From Nitrospirales bacterium (GTDB taxonomy: Bacteria; Nitrospirota; Nitrospiria; Nitrospirales; UBA8639), in NCBI GenBank assembly GCA_965203295.1, contig CBDBCZ010000015.1, forward strand, positions 672,001-736,000: a stretch of 64,000 bases of DNA, in the 5' to 3' direction. The notes beneath the pieces were generated by a model. It had not been told where the DNA came from. It did no database searches and saw only the letters and a program-made list of their open reading frames with translations. Below, piece by piece: positions 1 through 58,200 of the stretch. The translations under genes were made by a program, and so were the position numbers. Numbering within the stretch: position 1 is the stretch's first letter; every line of letters starts with the position of its first letter.

Positions 1-541
1 TGGCTTTAATCCGTACTTGTTAGCCTCTCAGTGAGCTAATCGCATGCTGAAATGCAGTACGAAATGCAATTAAATGGCATGTGACTGCACATGTCAATGA
101 ATGCATGTCCAACCTCCTCCAATGCCCATTTTGGAAAACTATCACGTGCAATGCTCCTGACGTCACTTGGAGGCCATGCAAGTGGAAATAAAAGCAATTT
201 TCTACGAATGTGAAGGCTTTTTACAAGGCTCAAGTCTCAAAAGAAGAGGGCCTTATTAAGGTAGCAGCATGCAACAAGCCTTTATAATTCCTTCATCGAA
301 AATAAAATTTCCAGGCATGCACATTTGGGTGAGTAGTGCATTCTACCCTTTTCCAGCTGGCTTAGCACACTTCCAGGCATTTGTACATCTTCTTAAGCGT
401 TGTTACCTTGACAAGGCCCTCTGATGAGTCTTTAACCTTCGTGAGAACTAGAAGCTTGGTGTTTTTGTCCTCCAAATGACATAATGGAAACATACGTGAT
501 ATGAGTATCTGAAATGGGTCATTACAAAACCTGGACCTCAC

Positions 542-47964
<47,423 letters not shown>

Positions 47965-48140
47965 TTTCACGCTTTTCATGTAACACGTGGCTCCATCGCC
48001 CTGACGGTACGGTGATCCGAAATCGATTCCCGGGATCGAGCGGTATCCTGTCCCGTACCGCGTATCTATTAAGCGGAAATTGCAGAGGGGGTAGGTGTGG
48101 CCCACATGTATGCAAACACGAGGGAAGTGACAGCCCGTGC
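47965..48140 (-). promoter_or_regulatory. Probable promoter/5' UTR of the DDX43-like gene
   Basis: CpG-rich patch directly upstream of the ATG, with a CACGTG E-box, a GCGGAA motif and an imperfect palindrome at 48005-48060. TSS unknown. Confidence 0.5.
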
Positions 48141-48674
48141 ATAGCCTCTGCTTTATCACGATTTTCATCAAGTATATACCACGTTCATCTGCTGATTCAT
48201 TAATTTTTTATTTTTATGGCACCCCATCAATGATCCTTTCTTCATGCTTCCATACCCTGACCTTTTTGGCTTTCAGTTCTCTTTCCACACATGTAGTCAT
48301 TGAAATGAAGATGATAACAACAAACTTCCACTAACAGGTTGAAAAACCACAAAGACAAGTGTCCTACACCTTATAATAACAGACAGTGACATCAACACAA
48401 AGCATAAAAAATTGCAAGTGCATAGCACGGGTGGAGTACAGAATTCTTTCATTCTTCAAACAGGTGAATTGTCTACATGAATATGGAAAGATAAAGTTAA
48501 AGACTAGATAAGGAGTAAGCTATGACTGCCCCACTACAGTTCCTTTGCATGCCCTTACAATGACTCAAACATGTCACTATACGTGCATATACTCGTACAG
48601 GATTGCTTACTACAGTATTCTTGTGCAACTAGTAATGTCATTTGCTAGCGATTAATTTTGCACCCTAGTCTTAA

Positions 48675-49153
48675 GGTTAGGCCCAACCGGAAGTTTTGCT
48701 ATGTTCGCGCACGCCGCTAGGTACCTTAGATAATATAATACTTCAAATGTATTATGATAACGTAATACTTTCATGTACTAAGTGAAAGCGTAAGTGAGTT
48801 GCCAGAAAAATCTGTCGCGGTAAATCCCAGGACTGCGCGAGCTACCTGTAGGTCTGATTCGCAGATATGCTAAATGTCTAAGGGGTCAACATGTCCAGAC
48901 ATCGAGAACAAAGACTTATCGCGTTTTTCCAGAGCATACAGAGCCGACTTTTTAAAATCGCGGCCATTACTTTCCAACGGAGGGCGATAAGGAAGACCAA
49001 TAGAATTCTTGTTCCTAGGCTTTCTCCAGTCCTTATACTTTTGTCCTGCATAGTTTTTGTGGCCTTCCATTGCTGTGTTGTCGAGCTATGAGCATCAAAA
49101 CCGTACACGGTCATATTTTAAAAATATTTTTTCACTTCCGGTTGGGCCTAACC
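48675..49153. mobile_element. Kolobok-type MITE
   Basis: Perfect 20-bp TIR GGTTAGGCCCAACCGGAAGT, TTAA on both sides, RR..YY termini. Confidence 0.85.
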
Positions 49154-49177
49154 TTAAGTTCAGCTTTTACTGCCAGT

Positions 49178-49285
49178 CTAATTGAATTCACTTGTACCTG
49201 GATTAGATTGGATGTGCTTAGTAATCAAAACACAAATCTCTTGATGACCAGCTGCAGTAGCAATGTCAAACGCAGTGCATCCATC
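49178..49285 (-). CDS. KANK: Last ankyrin exon (DGCTAFDIATAAGHQEICVLI..EFN*)
   Basis: cag acceptor; TAG at 49180-49178; a possible internal donor at 49197 would give an alternative end. Confidence 0.82.
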   Translation of the reverse strand, partial: DGCTAFDIATAAGHQEICVLITKHIQSNPGTSEFN

Positions 49286-52200
49286 CTGTGAGGGCATAAT
49301 TGACTATGTTAGAACTTTTCTAAATTACTACCCCTAATTTTTTCTCTTGGAAAACAGAACCCAGAAACTGCAGGCGGAAAAACGTGAGGTATTAATCGCT
49401 GTAGGCTTAAACAAACAAGTAGTGCAGTTGTGCCACGATCCTGTAGTTCTGTGTATACAAACTGGGGAATGGCGCCAAAGACATCTTCCTAGGTACACAT
49501 GCCATATTGTCAAGTGAGGGAAGTGGCAGTGATGAGTTCTATGAAGTGTTGCTAATTTTTTTATTATTATTGCAGTTCCAATAACAAAGTATGTACATAC
49601 GTTCATATGCAAAACCAGCCACACATTACAACTTCCTTACATTATCTTTAAGATCTGTTCGGCACTCTGGAATTAGAAGTCTTTTAACAATGTCTCTGTA
49701 TCCATTTTGACAAGCAAACATCAGTGCTGTAGACCCATCCTGTCCAAAGATGAATGTCAAAAATGAATACAAGTATGAAGGGACTGTAACTACATCAAAT
49801 TCTACACGTATTTCACAACAGATATTAAACTAGGGTATTATTCATTTATGTACGAAGTAAGAGTGCTCAGTATTGCTTACTCAGTACAATTTAAGATTGT
49901 GGTACTGTGAGGGTACAATAAACTGCATGTATACATGGAAAGATTGCCATATAACATGTAAATTGGTAAAATCCAGTGATATTGGACGGCTTGATGAACA
50001 GGCCATTTAGAATCATGGGTGGTGTGTATTCATTGAATGGGTAGCCATGCAATATCATTTATCACTTGACATTAGACTTGTCTTGCTTGTATTTAGCTTG
50101 TCCTACGGACTCGCCCAAATACAGCACAGGCTTGTCCAATATCCAGTGGTAATGGACGGCTACCCATCCAATAAGATACATGGAGAAGTAACAGAATCCA
50201 GGGTTCTGGTTTTAGATTATAGTAGTAGCGTACTAGCCAATCAAATCGCTAGAAATGAGGTCAATAATGTAGGTTAAAGCACGCGCGTGACGTGCACGAA
50301 CGCGTGCCTAGCAACCCCGGTGGCGTAGCAACGTGTATAAAATCGTTCAGCCGTTGCCATGCTCACAGTTGCTTCAATATTCAGCATGGAGAGGAGTACG
50401 CTAATACGAGTGGAGGTAGTGGACGGCACAGAAGAGCTCGAATTGACTAAACAGCGAGCGTTTGCGTTGTGCTGAAGAGTGAATTTACATCGCTGAAGCT
50501 GTTGCCATGCGCCAGTCAAGGCCAACGCGTTCGGCCCACAGCGTTTGCAGCGTCTCCAGGGACGTTCCAAGAGCGCTACAAAACCCAGAGACTCTTCAAT
50601 CAGCGCCTTCACTCGAGTGGCTCACTCTCTGAACAGGCATCTTGCAAGACATGTACAGCTATCGCCGAACTAGCTCTCAAGACTACCTTCGAACACTGTA
50701 GCCTTGCGTAGCCAGCCCATGCAAGAACACTGTAGCAGTATTATTATTATTCCTGTGTACATGCATTGCTTGTTGTAGTGTTGTATTGCTAATTTTTTAC
50801 AAAATACAGGAGCGAACTATAATCTAAGTCAGTTAGTGCACCCAAATACTCGGGCTCAACCTCCATTATTGACCTCGGAAAGTAATTTTCCCTCGGTCAA
50901 TAATGTCGGTTAGAGCCCTCGTCGGGGTGCACTAACTATTACATAGAGGTGTGCATCAAAAACATTTTCCTGTTGAAAATAGAGTTGAACATCTACATGT
51001 ATTGCCCAAGGATCTCTCAAATGACATTACCTTATCAGTAGTGTTGACATCTGCCCCAGCCAGAAGAAGCATATCAGTCATGCCTAAGTTACCACTACTG
51101 CTTGCCAACATGAGGGGTGTCTGTTGATTCTATATAATTAAAAAAACACAACAGTCCATAAATGCAACACACACTATACACTACCAATTCCTCGCCCAGG
51201 ACCAGTATCATCACCAACTCGAACTAAACTGAGAGTAGAATCTAACCCTGTGTAATTAGCTACTATAGTGGTGTGCAGCTATATAGGCCAATTTTGGCTG
51301 CTGGTTATGTATTGTGGCTTTCATTGATTGATGGATATACAGGAGGTAGATTTATTTCAATATCTGGACATATATAGGTAATAAGTATTATATGATGAAT
51401 AAATATTTGTCTTCTTAAGTAAAGTTAGCAGTGCATAATATAGCTTTGAGTTTGTTTCAGTTAGTTAGAAAAGTCACCAACTGGCTGTCCAGGAGCCCGT
51501 AAGCCCTCGGTTGGCGAAGGGACAGAGTCCAGCGGCCAGGCGGTGTCTCAGAGTGTGCTCTATTTAGAGTTCTCCTCTAGTGTGGTTTTGCGGTTGGTGC
51601 TATCATAGCTACAGTTGCGTAGGTGTTTTTGTCCCCCCTCGAGCGTCTCTGTAAGCGTGGGTGGCAGTGTCAGCTCTAGCTGCACTGGTGGCTAGAGTCC
51701 TTCCACCGCGCAGCAGTGTCGCGGTTAGAGGGCAGTGACTTCCCCCGGGCTGAGACTATCTGTGAGTTGTTTCTGTGATTTTGTTCAGTCCTATGCCACC
51801 TATTGGCAGCTCATGATGATTAATAATGGAGTTTTGGCCTATATAAAGGCCTTTCGTCAGAGAGCTGATTCTGAGTCCATACGGAGTCAAGTTTTGGGCA
51901 AATACATTGCTAGTGTAATCCGTTCAGCTAAGATCTGTCTGTGGGAGAATTGCAATGACGATTTAATCAGACTGAAGCTTGAGATGAAGGTCAGGCGCAG
52001 TTCTTCCTCACGTCCTCAGGAGCTAGCTGATCTTGATGATGTACTTGAAGCTTTCGATGTACTTGACAGTGACAACTGTCTTCCTGAGATTATCTGTTCA
52101 GCTGATGATCTTCTGCAGATGCCGCAGCTTCTTCCACTTCGTAGTGCTGAGCGTGTGGCAGAAGAGATGCGTAGCCTGCATAATGAGGTTAGCTCTCGTC

Positions 52201-55200
52201 TTGATGCTATTGACAAGCGGCTGCAACAATTCCCTAGTGATAGTTCTGCAGTGGGTAAGTCTCGGGCTAGTACTAATGTGGGGGCTAGTACTGGAGTCGG
52301 TGCTGTTGCGAGTGCAGTAGGCTCTTCTCAGAAGTTCTCTGCCGATCCTCTTGAGCGTCGGAGCAATGTAATCTTGTTTGGCGTCTCTGAAGACAAGGAC
52401 TTTGCCGTTGTCTCTGATGTGTTAAAAGCTGCAGCTGGCGCCCCTGTCCCCATCAAAGACATGTTTAGGCTTGGCAAGAAGCCACAGCAGTCTCAGCTCA
52501 GTGGGCTGCAGAGTGATCTTGCTACTGCTGATGAATCTCCGTCATCTGGTGGCTCTTCCCCTGCATTCAGGTCTGCTCGTCCCAGACCTATTCTAGTTAA
52601 GCTCAGTTGCCCGTGGGATAGACGGGTTATTCTTGCTGGGAAAACAAAATTGCTTACAATTGAGAGTATGAAAACGTACTTCTTACAGCCAGATCTCTCC
52701 CCAGAGGAGCGTCAGAAACGCAGAGCTGAGTATTTGGCCCGTAAGGATCAGCGTAATGGGTATCTACTGGAAATGTCTGATGCCTCTTCTGCCAGGGTTG
52801 AGGAACTTTCTTTTGTGTCCTTCAATTGTAAAGGGTTTAGCAACGGTCTTTCTTTTTTGCCGGTCCTTCTCGATTCCTTTGATGTTGTTTTAGTCCAGGA
52901 GCATTGGTTGTCTGTCCCTGAGTTACATCGTTTATCCTTTGATGGTTTTATTTCCTTTGCCATCTCTGGCTTTGATAATTCTGTGATTCTACGAGGTCGT
53001 CCTTTTGGAGGTTGTGCTATACTCTATCGTCAGAGTCTAGTTAGTTCCTTTAAACAAGTGGCAACATCTTCGAATCGTTTCTGTGCTGTTAAAATTGTAC
53101 TTGAGAATCGCTGCTGTCTTATAATTAACGTTTATTTGCCTACTGATTATCGCTCTACTGCTGCTACTGACCAACTTGTTGACACCTTAGGTGAACTCTG
53201 CGGATTTATATCAACGGTTCCTCATGACTTTTTGATTATAGCTGGTGATTGGAACACTGACTTTTCTCGATCCTGTAGTTTTACTGACACGGTCTTATCT
53301 TTTCTTCATGATCTTGATCTTTCCCTTGTTGATCTTAGTTATTCTGATGATGTCCAATTCACCTACTTGGGCCACGATGGGTCCAAGTCTTGGCTGGATC
53401 ATGTTGCTGTGTCCACTCCTCTTCGTTCTGTAGTTAGCTCTGTTCATACATTATTGGATGGTAGAAATTTGTCCGATCATAATCCCCTTGCTTTCTCTCT
53501 TAATCTCTCTGTGGTCACTGTTGATTGTCCTCCTGCTGCCTTTGAGTTGAATGCTTGTGCTTGGTCCAAGGCTACTCCAGAAAACATCTGTCAGTATCAG
53601 TCTGCTGTTCTTCAGTCCCTTGATAAGTTGAGTAGTTGTCTGGTTGATGAAGTTGTCTTCTGTTGTAATCCGTCCTGTACAGTTCATCGCCAGCTTCTTG
53701 AGGAGGTTAGTGATAAGCTTGTGAAATGCCTTCAGCAGGCTGCTAAGTCCTCCATTCCACCCAGAGGTCCTGGTCGTCGTCGAAAGGTTGCTGGCTGGTC
53801 TGAGTTTGTCAAGCCAGAGCTGGCTGCTAGTCAGTGGTGGTATAAGCTTTGGCTTGAAGCGGGCTCCCCATCTGCTGGTGTTCTTTTTCAACTCAAAAAG
53901 CGTGCGCACCGTAGATATAAGTACGCCGTTCGTCGGGTTAGAAGGAGAGCTGAGCATATCAAATGCGATAGGTTGGCTGAAGCGATGCTCAATGACCCCA
54001 ATCGCGGCTTCTGGTCTGAAGCTTGTCGATTTTTCAGTAAACGTTCTGTGTCTTCTGCTCCTGTGGTTGATGGTGTTTCTGGTGTGGACGACATTGCTAG
54101 ACTTTGGGGTGACAGGTTCAAGGAGCTGTATAATACTGCAGATGACTCAATCTCCAGTGAGCTGCTTCTTAGTCTTGACTCTAGCACTACCTTGGCTGAC
54201 ATTGAGCAGATATCTGTTTCTTTTCAAACTGTACAGGAGGCTATTGGTAAGCTGAAGCGTGGCAAATCCGATGGTGGGCCACTGGTCTCCGACCACATTG
54301 TAGAAGCACCTGTTCCAATCTGTCATTTTCTTGCCCGCTTGTTTACCTCGGTGCTCAGGCATGGCTTTATGCCAGCTGCATTTCGCGATGCCACGATCCA
54401 GCCGATCCCTAAGGGCTCCAAGGACCCCTCTGTGTCTTCCAACTATCGAGGAATTGCTCTTGCGTCCTCCCTCAGTAAGGTTCTGGAATGGTCGATTCTT
54501 CTTTCTTGGAGTCAGTTCTTTACCACTAGTGATCTTCAGTTCGGATTTAAATCTGGATTCTCTACTACATTGTGCACGGGCGTGTTAAAAGCTGTCATTA
54601 ATCGGTATCTGAATGGTGGGTCAAAAGTATATGCTTGTTTAATCGATGCCTCTAAGGCCTTTGATCTTGTTGACCACGGAATTCTGTTTAATAAATTGCT
54701 TGATAGAAACATGCCAAAACCTCTCGTCCGGTTCCTTCTGAGGTGGTACAAGACTCAGCACCTGCGAATTCGCTGGCAGGGTAAATCTTCTGGCTGCTTT
54801 CAGGTATCGAACGGGGTACGCCAAGGCGGTGTTCTGAGTCCTATCCTGTTTACTATCTATGTTGATAGTCTGCTAGAATCGCTTCGTGCCTGTGGGCGAG
54901 GATGCTATTGGGAGGATCACTTCTCTGGTGTACTGTGCTACGCTGATAATCTCACGATCCTTGCTCCCTGTCCTGGTGCTCTTAGGAAGATGTTGACACA
55001 TTGTGAAGAGTTCACTGAGTCGCATGGTATTCGTTTTAATGCCTCTAAAACGCAACTGATCTGTTTTAGGCGTACATCTCAACCAGACCGTTCATGTTTT
55101 TGGTTTTGTGGTCAGTTCTTACCGGTAGTTGACTCGGTGCTTCATCTTGGCAATACTTTGCATTTCGACCTCTCGGATAAGCTTGATGTTCAACGCAAGT

Positions 55201-58200
55201 TAATGGCATTTATCCGGCAAGCCAATTCTGTTTTGTATTGTTTTAGAGCCACCGATCCTCTAACTAAGATGAGGTTGTTTCATGCTTACTGTCTCTCCCT
55301 TTATGGTTGTTCTCTGTGGAGACTAAATTGTCCTGCTTTGCGTTCGCTTGGTGTTGCCTTCAATCAGGTGATTAGAAGAATATGGCATCTTCCTCGAAAC
55401 TGTCACACTGCTATTGTCCACTCAGTTGGGTTAATTTCTAGCATCTTCAACATTGTGTTTGCCAGATTTAGTAAGTTTTTTTCGTCTGCCGTGTTACATT
55501 CCTCTCCTCTTGTTCGTTCGGTGTTTGTTGTTAGCTCGCAATCTTGCAATTCAAACTTCATTGGCTATAATGTTTTGTTCGGTAGTCGTCACTGCAAATC
55601 CTACTCTTCTCATGATGTGGCCATGGGTCAACTTATTAGAGAAATTCGTAGCACACACCATCACATCCCTAATTTCGATCCTCCTGAGCTGAACGCTATT
55701 ATTTTGTCTGTTTGTACGTCATAATCTATTATTCTGCATGTTCTTTTAGTTACTTGTGTTGTACCTTTATTGGTATGTCTGCCATAATAATAATAATAAT
55801 AATATAGGCACCTTGGAAGCCTTAGTGACTTAAAGTTGCTCTAAAGTCCTAATTAGACTAACAAAATATTCAGTTCACTCACTAACGGTAGTTACTAATA
55901 CATGTGGTCGATCCCATAGGGCATATTTAAAATTTTCCAATCCAGAACAGAGTAAGAGTTTGTAACTGCATTTGACTGTTTCTGCAGGATGACTAATATA
56001 GCATAAGTACTAGTTTTACAGCTACAGATGGCTTGGCCTAAACTGAGTTGTGCAGACTGTACTGGAAAAATTCCCGGCTGGTTATTTAGACGTGAAATGT
56101 CAAGCAGACTTGTTTAGCAAAACTTCCGACTAGGTCCAAACTTAAGGGGGCGGCATAAAGGTCTTTCTTGGGAATGTGAATACAACTTTGTTGGTCCCTA
56201 CATACTTGTAGCTATACCCTTTGCACACCAACTTTGTTCATATTAACAGAGCAAATAGTAACAGAAAAAATTTGCAGCACTAGGCAATCCACGGACCAAT
56301 ATTAGTAGCAGTTGCTACAAAACTACTACGTACATGTATACTAAGTATGTACATGTAGTACTACATGGCCATGAAAGCACTAACTCACTTACATGTACAT
56401 GTACGGAGTCAGAATGACGTATCAACTAACCTGTTGAACCATAGCGTTCACATTTCCTCTTTCAATTAGAAGAGCTACGCCTTCCTGATGGTTGCTGATT
56501 TCCATTCCACATGCTGCTGTAAGCATCAGTGGCGTGTAACCGGCCTGTACAATTAACACATAAAACACACTGGTCCTTACTTGGTTGTGCCAGCCCCTTT
56601 AACTTTAGTACTATAAGCCGGGTTTTGGTTGCATAGTGAAAAGAATATTTCCAAGGGAAATTGCCTATTGCATGTACATGTATGGTGCAATGCACATATT
56701 TCGTTCCAATCAATGCGTGCTTAAATCCTCACAATTAAAAATCCAGACTTATGGCATTGGCAGTGACTGCATAGCAATGTATGAAGCGCTATGATATCAT
56801 AGCTCATGTGCACCATCATGGCTAGCTAGTCAGGTTTCCCCCAAAGGACAGGTAGATGGTGACTTCATCACAGCTACAAAGACTTGCAACTACATTGCTA
56901 TCATGTCAATGCCAGACAGGATGCTTAGCACAATTCATCAGGGAGCTATACCACTTTATACAAACACACTGTTGTTGTAAGTATTGTGTCACTCAATACT
57001 GAAACTGAATTTCAGAGAAAGCTAGATTGTTGAGCTCTCTTACGTAGCATGCACAATGAAACTCAATAGAGGTCCAAACGTTTCAATCCGAGGATCTTCA
57101 TCAGTGCATTACAGAACTGCACAGGAACTCAAGCTTTAAGTACTGGGAGATATGGATGGCTTCCATCACTTTCCACTCAGTGACACCATATGGTATGGGG
57201 GCGAGGTACTAGCCCCATACCATGGTGAGTGGAACAGAATTTTCGGTGAGGTGCAGTGCTGGAAGAATGGGCTTTGGAAAGCTGAAGATATAAGAGGTCA
57301 CTGTTCCACTATATACATGCACATGTACGCGCACCATAAATTTCTTATACACAAACACATCACTGACAAATGCTCCGTAAATTATTGATACAAAAACCTA
57401 CCCGATTAGCAATCGTTGAGTTGCAGCACCTCAGCCTTACGAACTGTAGTACAACTTCAAAGTTTCCATCAGCCACAGCATAGTGTAATGCAGTGTTTCC
57501 CTAAGAAATTACAAAATGAACAGGACCCAGCTGAGGATAGAATCCAGGACCTTCTGAATACTATAGTCAGATGCTCTTACCCATTGAGATACTGGAGCCC
57601 CTTGGCAGAGGAGCAGTAGGCAAGCTTTATATAGCCACTAAACCCGCTAGTAGCACTTGCCAGTAGGAGCCAGCCAATTCCAACTGTAATTACTCTCTCA
57701 TTAGGCCTCTCCCCCCATCTCCTAATATACATCGCCCATATCTCATTTCAGCACACAAGTCTATAACAACAATGCCACTGCCATTTAACCTGTCTTAGGT
57801 TACACATCCACATGATGTTCCTAATATCACATCAATAAACTTTCATGCATTTACACTGCTGCATTTGTTTACCAGCTGGAGTGCGCTGCGCACGCGAACG
57901 GCTGGTCCTAAGATTGCTGTACGTTTTTCATGTCAGTTTGTTTGTTTGTTTGTGCGTCCACACTTATCACGTGCGCAATATATTACGTCATACGTTACTA
58001 TGCAACTGTGGTGTATAGCTGCTTTTGAAGGTTTGCGGGCCAAGCTACAGCAAATGAAGGTAGTTGTGTGTTGCCTAGATGGCGAAAACTTGGTAGAAAG
58101 CCGTAAAGATCCTGCTTTCGCGGCGTATAGCTACTAACTGGAAGCACACGACGAAACTGACGAGTCAGCACTTCCGCTGTACAGAGTTTGATTGCTTACT

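Noticed and set aside
421..460. CTGATGAG suggesting a hammerhead core
   Set aside because: No stem II followed by GAAA, and no stem I complement.
407..508. Open minus-strand segment with ag/gt borders as a possible next DDX43 exon
   Set aside because: The intron would be only about 33 nt, the phase does not fit, and the peptide does not resemble the helicase C-terminus.
52754..52758. TAATG stop-start overlap at the LINE ORF1/ORF2 junction
   Set aside because: Neither the TAA nor the ATG is in the main reading frame.
53451..54255. Antisense and alternate-frame ORFs of 100-170 aa within the LINE (also within the coiled-coil exon)
   Set aside because: Shadow ORFs of a long coding sequence with no independent evidence.
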